Assembly: GCA_964016885.1 (NCBI GenBank)
Contig: OZ024756.1
Coordinates: 21,762,001 to 21,826,000 of the forward strand
From: Eledone cirrhosa
Lineage: Eukaryota
Length of the DNA: 64,000 nucleotides
Direction of reading: 5' to 3'
A program made the position numbers and the translations under genes. Below the pieces are notes generated by a model. That model was not told the origin of the DNA. It did not search any database and saw only the letters and a list, made by a program, of their open reading frames with translations. Below are positions 43,792 through 59,643 of the stretch, piece after piece; within the stretch, counting starts at the first letter, position 1, and the number at the start of each line of letters is the position of its first letter.

Positions 43792-43837
<46 letters not shown>

Positions 43838-44092
43838 GTGTGTGTGTGTATGTTCATGCCTGCACGTATGTATGTATATATTTATGTATATATATATGTA
43901 TGTGACTATCACAATGAGGAAAAATCAATAAGTGAAAAAAAAAAAAATTATTTAGAGAATCGAGTTGCAGAACGGAAAAATCTATTTATCTATTTATTGA
44001 TCTTTCCCTCTATATATCTATGTCTGTCTGATCGCTGGTTATTTTTACATATATTATAGTCTCCCTCTCTGTTTCTTATTGTGCAACCCCCC

Positions 44093-44158
<66 letters not shown>

Positions 44159-44236
44159 GAATACATATATGTATGTGTGTGCATAAATGTACATATATAT
44201 ATGTTTGTGTGTGCATATTTATGTGTATAAACACAC

Positions 44237-44282
<46 letters not shown>

Positions 44283-44869
44283 GTGTGTTTGTGTGTGTGC
44301 GTTCATTTATGTATGTGTCTATATATATATATGTGTGTGGGTCTATGTGTGTGCGTTTATATATGTATGTGTCTATATATATGTATACATATATATATAT
44401 ATATAGTCTGAATCTCTACCTGGTTCACAACACTCGATTATACATCTATCAATTTATCTCATATCTGTCTGTCAGTCGTATTACTGGTAAATATATTTCA
44501 AAAAAAAATAAAACACACACACACTCACACACACACTCACACACACGCACACACACACGCACACACACACGCACAAACACACACACACAATACCAAACAT
44601 ACACACTTTCTCTTACAGGAGTATTTGCACGTCATCTGACGTCAAATGCCTATCACATGTTCAATGACGCCAAATTTTAATAGTCATGTCGCAATGCATC
44701 TAGAAGGACTTGCTGTTCATGCGCATGTCCTAACACCTGGCTATTAAGGAGCTCCCTCTAGATATATATGTGATATGATTAATATCAAAAGACTGCATAC
44801 GATGCCATTTGGAAGCTGGTCGTCTAATTACACCTCGTAAAGTTTGATAAATCTGTAGCACCTAAACTG

Positions 44870-44892
44870 TATATATATATAGTATATATATA

Positions 44893-44952
<60 letters not shown>

Positions 44953-44978
44953 TATATATATATATATATATATATATA

Positions 44979-45016
<38 letters not shown>

Positions 45017-45018
45017 TA

Positions 45019-45054
<36 letters not shown>

Positions 45055-45074
45055 TATATATATATATATATATA

Positions 45075-45161
<87 letters not shown>

Positions 45162-45221
45162 TTATATATATATATATATATAGTATATATATATATATAT
45201 ATATATATAGTATATATATAG

Positions 45222-45252
<31 letters not shown>

Positions 45253-46364
45253 TATATATAGTATATATATAGTATATATATATATATATATAGTATATAT
45301 ATAGTACATATATATATATATAGTATATATATATATATATATAGTATATATATATATATAGTATATATATATATAGTATATATATATATATATAGTATAT
45401 ATATATATAGTATATATATATATATATACTATATATATATATACTATATATATATATACTATATATATATATACTATATATATATATATAGTATATATAT
45501 ATATATATATATATATACTATATATATATATACTATATATATATATACTATATATATATATACGATATATATATATAGTATATATATATATATATATATA
45601 TATATACTATATATATATATACTATATATATATATACTATATATATATATACTATATATATATATACTATATATATATATACTATATATATATATATACT
45701 ATATATATATATACTATATATATATATATACTATATATATATATATACTATATATATATATATATACTATATATATATATATATATACTATATATATATA
45801 GATATACTATATATATATATATAGTATATATATATATATATAGTATATATATATATATATAGTATATATATATATATAGTATATATATATATATAAAGTA
45901 TATATATATATATATAAAGTATATATATATTAGTATATATATATATATATATAAGTATATATATATATATATAGTATATATATATATATAGTATGTATAT
46001 ATATATATATAGTATGTATATATATATATAGTATATATATATATATATAAAGTATATATATATATATAAAGTATATATATATATAGTATATAATATATAT
46101 ATATATAAAGTATATATATATATATATATAGTATATATATATATATAGTATATATATATATATATATATATAGTATATATATATATAGTATATATATATA
46201 TAGTATATATATAGTATATATATAGTATATATGTATATATATAGTATATATGTATATATATATATAGGTATATATATATATATATATATAGTATATATAT
46301 ATATAGTATATATATATATATAAAGTATATATATATATATATAAAGTATATATATATATATATA

Positions 46365-46398
<34 letters not shown>

Positions 46399-46998
46399 TA
46401 TATATATATATATAGTATATATATATATAGTATATATATATATAGTATATATATAGTATATAGTATATATATATATAGTATATATATAGTATATATATAG
46501 TATATATATATATATATAGTATATATATAGTATATATATATATATAGTATATATATATATAGTATATATATATATAGTATATATATAGTATATATGTATA
46601 TATATATATATAGTATATATATATATATATAGTGTATATATATATATATATAGTATATATATATATATATATAGTATATATATATATATATATATAGTGT
46701 ATATATATATATATATATAGTATATATATATATATATATATAGTATATATATATATATATAGTGTATATATATATATATAGTATATATATATATATAGTG
46801 TATATATATATATATAGAGTATATATATATTATATAGTATATATATATATATATATAGTGTATATATATATATACATATAGTATATATATATATATAGGT
46901 ATATATATATATATAGTATATATATATATATATAAAGTATATATATATATATATATATATATAGTATATATATATATATAGTATATATATATATATAT

Positions 46999-47033
<35 letters not shown>

Positions 47034-47400
47034 TATATATATTATATATAGTATAGTATATATAGTATATATAGTATATATATATAGTATATATATATAT
47101 ATATAGTATATATATATATATATATAGTATATATATATATATATAGTATATATATATATATATAAAGTATATATATATATATATATATATACATAGTATA
47201 TATATATAGTATATATAGTATATATATATAGTATATATATATATATAAAGTATATATATATATATAGTATATATATATATATAGTATATATATATATATA
47301 TAAAGTATATATATATATATAGTATATATATATATATATATAGTATATATATATATATATATAGTATATATATATATATAAAGTATATATATATATAAAG

Positions 47401-47438
<38 letters not shown>

Positions 47439-48102
47439 TATATAAAGTATATATATATATATATAAAGTATATATATATTATATATACTATATATATATA
47501 TATACTATATATATATATATAGTATATATATATATATATATAGTATATATATATATATATAGTATATATATATATATATATAGTATATATATATATATAT
47601 ATATATAGTATATATATATATATATATATAGTATATATATATAGTATATATATAGTATATATATATATATATATATATAGTATATATATATATATATATA
47701 TATATAGTATATATATATATATATAGTATATATATAGTATATATATATATAGTATATATATAGTATATATATATATAGTATATATATAGTATATATATAT
47801 ATATATATATATATAGTATATATATATATATATATATAGTATATATATAGTATATATATATAGTATATATATAGTATATATATATATAGTATATATATAG
47901 TATATATATATATAGTATATATAGTATATATATATAGTATAGTATATATATATATATATATATAGTATATATATAGTATATATATAGTATATATAGTATA
48001 TATATATATATATATATAGTATATATATATATATATATATAGTATATATGTATATATATAGTATATATATATATAGTATATATATAGTATATATATATAG
48101 TA

Positions 48103-48133
<31 letters not shown>

Positions 48134-48384
48134 ATATATAGTATATATATAGTATATATATATATATATATAGTATATATATATATATATATATATAGTA
48201 TATATATATATATATATATATAGTATATATATATATATATATATATAGTATATATATATATATATATATAGTATATATATATATATATATAGTATATATA
48301 TATAAATATATATAGTATATATATATATATATATATATAGTATATTATATATATATATATATAGTATATATATAAATATATATA

Positions 48385-48418
<34 letters not shown>

Positions 48419-48532
48419 TATATATATAATATATATAGTATATATATATATATATATAGTATATATATATATATATATAGTATATATATATATATATATA
48501 GTATATATATATATATATATAGTATATATATA

Positions 48533-48566
<34 letters not shown>

Positions 48567-49010
48567 TATATATATATATAGTGTATATATATATATATAT
48601 ATATAGTATATATATATATATATATAGTATATATATATATAGTGTATATATATATATTTATAGTATATGTATATATATATATAGTGTATATATATATATA
48701 TATAGTATATATATATATATATAGTGTATATATATATATATATAGTATATATATATATATATATATAGTATATATATATATATATAGTGTATATATATAT
48801 ATATATAGTATATATATATATATATATATATAGTATATATATATATATATAGTGTATATATATATATATATAGTATATATATATATATATATAGTATATA
48901 TATATATATATAGTATATATATATATATATAGTATATATATATATAGTATATATATAGTATATATATATATATATAGTATATATATATATAGTATATATA
49001 TATATATAGT
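44870..49010. repeat. ~4.1-kb (TA)n tract interrupted by AG/CT
   Basis: Direct reading. Confidence 0.95.
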
Positions 49011-49183
49011 AATAATAATAAAATTGAAGACTAAAATCAAAAGATTCTTTGCTTAAACTTTAATCTGTTATTTTATTATATATATATATATACTAAGCAC
49101 ACAGACATACATATATGAATATATATATATGTATGTATATGTATATATATATATGTATATGTATGTATATATATGTATATATG

Positions 49184-49226
<43 letters not shown>

Positions 49227-49299
49227 ATATATGTATATATATATGTATATATATAAATATATGTATATGTATATATATATATATGTATGTATATATATG

Positions 49300-49331
<32 letters not shown>

Positions 49332-49361
49332 AATATATGTATATATATAAATATATGTATA

Positions 49362-49414
<53 letters not shown>

Positions 49415-49477
49415 GTATATATATAAATATATGTATATATATATATGTGTATATATATATATGTATATATATATATG

Positions 49478-49510
<33 letters not shown>

Positions 49511-49511
49511 G

Positions 49512-49717
49512 TAAAAAAATAATGAATAAAACAAAGAAACAGTTCCTTATATTAAACAAAAAAAGTTCATTATTTAACGATCGTTTCTAGGACATATATG
49601 TGTTAGACTTGGCATGCCAATTCTAACACATATATGTCCTAGAAACGATCGTTAAATAATGAACTTTTTTTGTTTAATATAAGGAACTGTTTCTTTGTTT
49701 TATTCATTATTTTTTTA
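49512..49717. repeat. ~205-bp DNA palindrome carrying HHR 3' halves
   Basis: Centre gcatgc 49612-49617; arms contain GAAA-CGATCG-TT. Confidence 0.85.
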
Positions 49718-49854
49718 ATGTTTTATCTTGACTCTGTATTCCGTTTATCTTTCACCGAAAGTGATTTTTGAATGCATCTCTTCTTTCCATGATAGCCGGA
49801 TTACATTGAGTTCTTCATACGGATTGGACACCACCGTAAACTTTTGGTAGATTT

Positions 49855-49915
49855 ATCTATATATATATATGTATATATGTATATATATATATATATATGT
49901 ATATATATGTATATG

Positions 49916-50006
<91 letters not shown>

Positions 50007-50340
50007 GTATATATATGTATATGTAAATGTATATATATATATATGTATATATATGTATATGTAAATATATATATATATGTATGTATATATATATATGAAA
50101 ATATATATATATATATATATATGTATGTATATATTATATATATATGTGTATATATATGTATATGTAGATATATGTATGTATGTATATGTAGATATATGTG
50201 TGTATATATATATGTATGTATATGTAGATATATGTATGTATATATATATGTATGTATATGTAGATATATGTATGTATATATATATGTATGTATATGTAGA
50301 TATATGTATGTATATATATGTATATATATGTATATATATC

Positions 50341-50377
<37 letters not shown>

Positions 50378-50666
50378 GTATATATATGTATATATATACA
50401 TATATATGTATATATATGTATATATATACATATATATGTATATATATGTATATATATGTATATATATATATACATATATATGTATATATTTGTATATATA
50501 TGTATATATATATATATATGTATATATATGTATATGTATATATATGTATATGTAGATATATGTATGTATATATATGTAGATATATATGTATGTATATATA
50601 TGTATGTCTAGATATATGTATGTATATATGTATATATATGTATGTATATATGTATATATATGTATG

Positions 50667-50697
<31 letters not shown>

Positions 50698-50744
50698 GTA
50701 CATATATGTATGTATATGTATGTATATATGTATATATATGTATG

Positions 50745-50777
<33 letters not shown>

Positions 50778-50798
50778 GTACATATATGTATGTATATG

Positions 50799-50829
<31 letters not shown>

Positions 50830-50844
50830 GTACATATATGTATG

Positions 50845-50923
<79 letters not shown>

Positions 50924-50954
50924 GTACATATATGTATGTATATGTATGTATATG

Positions 50955-51008
<54 letters not shown>

Positions 51009-51030
51009 CATATATCTACACATACATATA
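49855..51030. repeat. Interrupted (TA)n/(TATG) tract
   Basis: Direct reading. Confidence 0.9.
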
Positions 51031-51519
51031 TAATGAAATGTGTGAATCTAAACGAAGAACTATAAGTATAACACTCGATTACTATAAATAATAATAGCTT
51101 TAGAAATTCATGTAAAATTTCCTCAGTGGCAAAAATTTGCTACCAGTTATCATGGAGCACGGAACACCCTATTATATGAATTCACAATGATATGTATGTC
51201 ACTAGTATATCGATTTCTAACGATGCATTTATCAATTGTATATATTCTATACAGCCTCGAGATATGGTATGAGATTCAAAGAAATATACATAATATTGTA
51301 TGGGTAACATTAGAAGCAGTGTGAGAAAACGAATAAGGACATGTTTGGGGGAGAGCAGAAACAATGTTGTTGTTTTTTATATATATATATTATGAGCATG
51401 AGTAGCTGATGTAGACAGCTTGCGAAGGTGATTCATCATTACATCCTCATGATGGCTACAAACTCTCCTAAGAGTATTGCATTCGCTTGTCAGATTATAG
51501 AATTTGGTGCACTTTTAGG

Positions 51520-51897
51520 CTACGGCCAGTCACACAAACCTGTAACATATCCTGAACAAGCAATGCCTGTGCTTTGAAGGTTTTTTAAGTGGGGAAAGGC
51601 CTTGCACTCGACCAATCCGATTCTCTGAGCATCGATAACATTACTCGAAAAGGAAAACTGGTCAACATCATCGGATGCTTGCGAAGCCGCAGGTTTCTTT
51701 TTCAGAATGTTCATCTCCTAGAAAGGTGTTGTGACATCAACTGGGGGCCTTTCACTCCCAGGTTAAAAAAAAAATTGGATGGCCCTTGACTCGTCGGTGA
51801 CTAAACCGGCAACCCCACCAAGCTTCATTGGTGAGGAGGGTGATATCTGGACACCATGCGGGATGAAATACAAGACCCGGCAAAGGGCGGAAGAACA
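51520..51897. mobile_element. Diverged relative of ~610-bp element with internal inversion
   Basis: 51520-51791 minus (agcaatgcctgtgc, ggtcaacatcat, ggatggcc), 51792-51897 plus (gactaaaccggcaaccccacc). Confidence 0.7.
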
Positions 51898-51934
51898 TAC
51901 ATACATTCATATATACATACATACATACATGTAA

Positions 51935-52545
51935 ATTTAGTTAGAAGTGTTTCACTAAGAATTTCTGGTCTCTCTGCCAATAAAGAGATATTTAGAGCTT
52001 CCACCTCTACTACAACGAGCCCCTTGCCCGCAGCTGCTTTAAAGAAAAATAATCACTTACTTAGACAGCACACCAAGACCCCTTAGAAGAAATAGGCAAA
52101 GGCAAATTAGCTGGTACAGCCCCCGATTCAACAGGGTGGTGTCAACCCCAATAGCTAGGGGATTCTTTAAATTATTAAACAAACACTTACCCACACAACA
52201 TAGGTACTTCACTATATTTAACAGGAACACGATTAGGCACCTTTATTCTACTACGCCTAACTTAGCTAGAAACATAGCCAACCTTAATACAACTACCTCC
52301 AAAACCAATTCCTGTGATGGAATTCCGTGCAACTGCCATAATAAGGATGCATGCCCACTTGAGAAAAAATGCCCGATGAACGAGATCGGCACAAAAAAAA
52401 AATTAAATAAATAAATAACATACATTAGTCTGACATCAAATAACTTCTATTTATCTTCGACTTCTAACGCTATCTTCTGATGAAAGAATAGTGACCGAAA
52501 CGTTAAAACTCTCTTCCTGCTATTTCAAGCGTTAAACTAATATAT
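51935..52545 (+). mobile_element. Penelope-like element fragment (RT C-terminus/linker with CxC-x5-C motif) followed by pLTR HHR
   Basis: RISGLSANKEIF..YYN; RQISWYSPRFNRVVSTPIARGFFKLLNKHLP..HRYFTIFNRNTI..YSTTPNL..CNCHNKDACPLEKKC; CTGATGA 52477...GAAACGTT 52497. Confidence 0.8.
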
Positions 52546-52606
52546 TTCTTCCATTCACTGTACCGTTTGTTTTGCTATTTCTATATACTTCTTACACATA
52601 CACATA

Positions 52607-52695
<89 letters not shown>

Positions 52696-52741
52696 ATATA
52701 TATGTATATTTATATATGTGTGTATGTATATATATGTATAT

Positions 52742-52804
<63 letters not shown>

Positions 52805-52900
52805 TGTGTGTGTATTAATAAATATGTATATATATATGAGTGTGTGTGTGTATACATACGTACATACATACATACATACATACATACATACATACATACA

Positions 52901-52933
<33 letters not shown>

Positions 52934-53769
52934 GTGTGTGTGTGTGTATGTATATATATATATGTATATATGTATGTATATATATTGAGGACTATTAGTC
53001 ATGCTTAGCTCAAAGAATATATCCGACAGGAAGAAAAAAATAGTAAATTAAAGGTTACTTAAAGACATTAATTTATAATTTTAAAAGAGTATTTATTAAG
53101 CAAGCATATTACTGATGTGAAAAAATACCGGAAGTGTAGCATTCTTAAGAAAATGTTGTGAATATATAAATATCTAATAAGGAGGCTTTTTCAGTAAATA
53201 ATGTGGTTAAAATAACTACATAAATCAAAAACATTAATGTTTTTTTAGTGTATACCACCGATTGATTTAAGAAGCGTTGGGAATATTTTGAAGTTTGACT
53301 TGCAGTCGTTGCATTGCAAATTATTATAAAAATAGTCGTCGTCGTCTTCTTTTCCTTCTTTTTTTTTCTTCTTCTTTTCCTTCTTCTTCTTGTAAAATTT
53401 GTCAATTATTATAAACAGTAAAGACTTTCTAGTAAATTACTCCTGGCATACGAAGAAATGAAACCCGCATTTTTTTTTTCTTTTGGACGCCGGAAGATTG
53501 CGTTTATCGTTACACTAAAGACTCCGTTGTCACCCAATACTATCTTTTAGAAGGTTTTATACCTGTAGCTAGAAATATATAGACTTGGCGACTGAAGAAG
53601 AATTGAGAAATTTGGAGATTTGAAACGTAGTAGCCACAATGCTAACGATTAAAACAGTAGTAGATCATTATAAAGAAAGTAGTAGATCATTATTGAGAAA
53701 ATCGAATAATGGAGCAAAATATCCACGTTTTCTTTTCGCGTTTATTTTTTACGTTGCCTTTAAGTAAAT

Positions 53770-54128
53770 AATTGTTTCTACTTTTGGCACAAGGCCAGTA
53801 ATTACCTAGTACATTACTGGTACTTTATTTTATCGACCCCGTAAGGATGAAAGGCAAAGTTAACCGCGATGGGATTTGAACTCAGACCGTAAAGGGACGT
53901 AACTATGCTAGAAAGCATGACTTCACACCCTCTACCGATACGGTGGATTGGCAGTATCGGTAGAGGGTCGGACACCATGCTTTGACGCATAGAGTTACGG
54001 CCCTTGCCATTCTGAGTTCAAATCCTGCCGATGTTAACTTTGCCTTTCATCCTTTCCGGGTCGATAAAATAAAGTACCAGTAATACACTGGTTTATTGCT
54101 GGCCTTGTGCCAAAAGTAGAAACAATTA
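53770..54128. mobile_element. Head-to-head SINE pair (53770-53941 -, 53941-54128 +)
   Basis: ccctctaccgata|cggtggattggcag junction. Confidence 0.85.
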
Positions 54129-54782
54129 TTTGCTTAAAAACAATAACCATGCGTTAAAATTTTATTCATAATTTAAAAAATTATTTAACAAGGTTCCATA
54201 TTTTTCCCATGTATTTATTTTTTACATCTTTTAATGTAAATTATGTGTTTGCCAAATAAATGCTCCTTTTAGAGCTATAAATAAATATCTTTGAAGAGCG
54301 CTATTTAAAATTATTTTTTACTGAAGTATATATTTGGTTTCCTGAATTTTCGGTTTAACAAGGTATCGGCTTTTTAAAATTCTACCTCACGTCGGCCATT
54401 AGCATTTTCTATTTTACGAATTGCATATTTAAATACACATGCACACAAACACACACACACATACACACACACACATATATATATATAATGATAAGAGCGA
54501 GAAAATGGATAATGCTGATGGCCATTATATATATATACATATATACGTGTGTGTGTGTGTGTATATAAATATATGTATATATATATGTACGTGTATGTAT
54601 ATATATAATAATAATATATAAGGCAACAAAGAATCAGTGTTGCATCATATATATATATTTAATTACATATTACATATATTTTACTGCCGATCAGCTCGAG
54701 GAACGATCGATTAACGATCGACCTTGACACTGGATTCCTATATATATATATATATATATATATGTGTATATATATATACATT

Positions 54783-54855
54783 ATTTCTACAGGACTAGAA
54801 CTGTTTCATTCGTATGAAATCATCAGAACATACGAATGAAAGAGTTCTAGTCGTT
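54783..54855 (-). ncRNA. Hammerhead core with partial inverted duplication
   Basis: Minus strand: CTGATGA tttc atac gaat GAAAC agttcta GTC ctgtagaa; right arm 54829-54852 mirrors 54793-54816. Confidence 0.65.
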
Positions 54856-54863
54856 TAGAAGTC

Positions 54864-54938
<75 letters not shown>

Positions 54939-54983
54939 CGTAAAATAAGAAAATTATAAAATTAACTTACTTACTAAAAAATC

Positions 54984-55066
54984 ACTTCCAACTAATTAGT
55001 TTCTGGAATGGAGTAAATATATTTTCCGAAGAAACATATAGAAAATCATTCCGTCATCAGGAAAGT
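54984..55066 (-). ncRNA. Type I hammerhead ribozyme
   Basis: Minus strand: actttc CTGATGA cggaatg...cattcca GAAA CTAATTAG TT ggaagt; palindromic stem III, GUU site. Confidence 0.8.
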
Positions 55067-55123
55067 CTTTTTCCGTATAGGTCTCCAGGCATAGCGAGGA
55101 CACTGGAAAGTTATTAAAAAAAA

Positions 55124-55541
<418 letters not shown>

Positions 55542-55799
55542 ATATATATATATATTTATATATAAAGGATAACAAAAAATCGTTATAGGTAATCCAATTA
55601 AAGGCTGTGAATACTTCTTATTATGGATAGATTTAGCGTACGGCGTTGCTTGACTCAAGAGGTTAACATCGTATTTAAAATGAGTCGCACTGCTTTTAGT
55701 GTTCACCAATTTTTAGACAACTCTATCAGTGAAACAATTGTTAGACTGCAAATAAATAACCTTTTTTGTACTGTTGACCATGTTATTCTCCACTTTTTC

Positions 55800-55839
<40 letters not shown>

Positions 55840-56043
55840 TAGGCCTATACTCTACCTATGTCTTGAGTACTATCTTTAACTGTCGTCGCCCCCCCCCCCC
55901 CGATGAAACTCGGGAATCTGTATATTATATTTATTTATTTTTAAATAAAATAATTCGCTCTAGGTAGGGTAAGCCGGGCTAGAAACAATTGTCAGTCAAT
56001 AAATCAGTCAATAAATCCCTCTATTCGTTGGTTTTTATACAAA

Positions 56044-56086
<43 letters not shown>

Positions 56087-56093
56087 CCACGAA

Positions 56094-56595
56094 TGAGACG
56101 TTAACGGTTCAAGTTTCACCTGGATAGACGATCCAGGTGAAACTTGAAACGTTAAGGTCTCAGTCCTGGTTATGTCAATATATATAAAACCGACTTTGTA
56201 GTTTATCTGATGAGGGAGTATCAAAGTTTTGGTACCCTTTAAATATATATAATAGAATAAATATGGTTTTATAAATATAGTTTCCATTTATTAAATATTT
56301 TTGTTTCTACATTAGGCACAAGGCCAGCAATTACCCAATTCATTAGTGGTACTTTATTTTATCGACCCCATTAGGATGAAAGGCAAAGTCAACCTCGGCG
56401 GGATTTGAACTCAGATCGTAAAGGGACGTAACTATGCTGGAAAGCATGGCGTCCGACCCTCTACCGATACTGCCAATCCACCGCCATTTATTAAATATTA
56501 TTGAATATTATACTCCAGAAATCATGTCGAGTGCTTCGAATCTGTTATAAATATATGTGTTGAATTACCAACAAGTTAAATATCTCTTTGCTTAT
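56094..56595 (+). mobile_element. Family A pLTR with 5' hairpin, degenerate HHR (GAAA to TAAA) and inserted SINE (56302-56484 -)
   Basis: ctgatga 56207; SINE flanked by ccatttattaaatatt duplication. Confidence 0.75.
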
Positions 56596-56625
56596 ATATA
56601 TACATATGTATATATATATATATAC

Positions 56626-56695
<70 letters not shown>

Positions 56696-56957
56696 TTAAG
56701 TCAAATAGGTAAAATTTGGCTTCGTTTATTATAAATTATAGATATATCTATAATTTATAATAAACGAAGCCAAAGTTTACTTACCTATTTGACTTAATTA
56801 TTTTACATTACTCCGGAGTAAACAAACCAACCTGCGTACTTCGTCGAGTGCTCCAATCTGCATATTGAGGTGTCGGTAAACAACCAACATATACTCAATA
56901 TATATATATATTAGAAAGTGAGGTTTTTTATAAAATGAAAAATAACCGAGTGAAAGT

Positions 56958-57161
56958 ATAAAGAAAAAAAGATGAAATCGAAAATGCAACGTTAGTCTAT
57001 TTAAAAAAATATATATATATTTATTTGGTTCCTTTACCGGTTTCGCAATTCTTCTGCTCTTCAAAAGCAGAAGAACTGCGAAACCGGTAAAGGAACCAAA
57101 TATATAGATATATATTTTTTAAAAAATATGACTCCCGTTGCATTTTCGATTTCATCTTTTT

Positions 57162-57168
<7 letters not shown>
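56958..57168. repeat. ~210-bp palindrome carrying HHR 3' halves (GAAA-CCGG-TA)
   Basis: tttaccggtttcgc...gcagaagaactgcgaaaccggtaaa; outer arms cgaaaatgcaacg/cgttgcattttcg. Confidence 0.8.
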
Positions 57169-57205
<37 letters not shown>

Positions 57206-57269
57206 TAAAATAGATTAAAGTTTAAGCAAAGAATCGCTGCTTTCACCCTTAACGGGATCTTCTGAAACT

Positions 57270-57660
57270 CACCACCACCATATGGTGGTGATAATGGTGT
57301 TGGTGGAAGTAGTCATGATGATGATGTTGGTGGTGGTGGTGGTGATAATGGTGTTGGTGGTGGTGGTGATAATGGTGTTGATAATGGTGGTGGTAGTAGT
57401 AGTCATGATAATGGTATTGGTGGTGGTGGTGGTGATAATGGTGTTGGTGTTTGTGGTGGTAGTCCTGATGGTGGTGGTGGTGATAATGGTGTTGGTGGTG
57501 GTAGTGGTGGTGGCGATGATTGTCATCATGATGACTATAACGAAGACTTTGATGACGGTGTTGATGAAGATGTCGATGATAACGAAGGTGATGATGCTGA
57601 TGATGATGATGGCGACGATGTTGGCAACAATGATAATTATCAATAATAATAGTGATGATA
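57270..57660. repeat. (GGT/GAT)n trinucleotide low-complexity tract
   Basis: Direct reading. Confidence 0.85.
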
Positions 57661-57791
57661 GTATATGTGGAAGTGGTTGAGTTTGCCAATGGATGTGATA
57701 TTATCTTCTGGTCTTCACATTTCGTATCAGATATAATACATCGGTAACATATCCGATAGATTTCAATGTGATAACATACGCCACATAGAAA

Positions 57792-58697
57792 GAGCCCGCA
57801 CAAAAGCACACACTAAGAAACCCAGCCACACCTTCATACATTCACAAGCACACATACATATGCATACACTCTAGCATACACACACAGGAGCGAAAGAGAA
57901 GAGAGAGAGAGTGTGGAATGTAAGAAAGAAATCTAGGAGAGAAGCAGCGAAAAGAAAGAGAGTGTTGACCAATAATACTAAAGAAAACTTGGAAAGAAAA
58001 AGTGAGAAAAAAGAGAACATGGACCGATGGTGAGGGAGTAAACACGACGAGGAGCTGGAACGAGCCCGCACAAAAGCACACACTAAGAAACCCAGCCACA
58101 CCTTCATACATTCACAAGCACACATACATATGCATACACTCTAACATACACACACAGGAGCGAAAGAGAAGAGAGAGAGAGTGTGGAATGTAAGAAAGAA
58201 ATCTAGGAGAGAAGCAGCGAAAAGAAAGAGAGTGTTGACCAATAATACTAAAGAAAACTTGGAAAGAAAAAGTGAGAAAAAAGAGAACATGGACCGATGG
58301 TGAGGGAGTAAACACGACGAGGAGCTGGAACGAGCCCGCACAAAAGCACACACTAAGAAACCCAGCCACACCTTCATACATTCACAAGCACACATACATA
58401 TGCATACACTCTAACATACACACACAGGAGCGAAAGAGAAGAGAGAGAGAGTGTGGAATGTAAGAAAGAAATCTAGGAGAGAAGCAGCGAAAAGAAAGAG
58501 AGTGTTGACCAATAATACTAAAGAAAACTTGGAAAGAAAAAGTGAGAAAAAAGAGAACATGGACCGATGGTGAGGGAGTAAACACGACGAGGAGCTGGAA
58601 CGAGCCCGCACAAAAGCACACACTAAGAAACCCAGCCGCACCTTCATACATTCACAAGCACACATACATATGCATACAATCTAACATACACACACAC
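57792..58697. repeat. 270-bp tandem repeat, ~3.3 near-identical units
   Basis: gagcccgcacaaaagc at 57792, 58062, 58332, 58602. Confidence 0.95.
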
Positions 58698-58915
58698 ATA
58701 TATTCGTGTTTGTATATGTATGTATGGGGTGTATATGTGAGTGTATAAGTATGTATGAGTGTTTATGTATGTATATATGTATATATATATATATATATGT
58801 ATGTATGTGTGTATATATGTAGGTGTGTATGAGTGTTTATGTATGTATATATATATATGCGTGTGTACGTATGTGCGTGTATATATGTATGTATGTATGT
58901 ATGTATGTGTGTGTG

Positions 58916-58948
<33 letters not shown>

Positions 58949-59347
58949 GTGTATATTTGTATGTACGTATATGAGTGTATATATATATATGTATGTATGT
59001 GAGTGCATGTATGTGTATGTGTGGTAGGTTGTAAGCAATAAAACAATTTACAGCACAGGCGCAGGCACACACACACACAGACACACACACATACACACAC
59101 ACACGCACACACGTGTATATGTTATATATATTTATTGTAAAGTATATTTGTTATATATAAAACACACACGAATCCCTACCCGCTTCACACGCTCACACAC
59201 ACACACGTGTGTGTGTGAGCGTGTGGTTGTATGTTTGTAATTATGTTGTAGTTAAACTAATGGTGATGTAAGTTAAAACCTCTTCTCACACCAAAATACG
59301 CACAGCTACATTCACATACATATATAAATATATACATACACCTCTCT

Positions 59348-59402
<55 letters not shown>

Positions 59403-59500
59403 AATACATATATATCAGTATATGCTTATGTTGCTAAACAGATGAATGCATGTGCTTAAACACACTCACCCACATTCACACACCCATACATACGCACACG

Positions 59501-59552
<52 letters not shown>

Positions 59553-59643
59553 GTCAAGTTTATGTAGGTTCACCCAGGTGAGCACTCGGCGTTTAGGTTC
59601 ACGTGAGTTTGGAGGTGTAGAGCTAGACAGTGTATAATATAAT

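Noticed and set aside
52310-52380. Selenocysteine recoding in the PLE cysteine motif
   Set aside because: Cys positions are TGC/TGT; no in-frame TGA seen.
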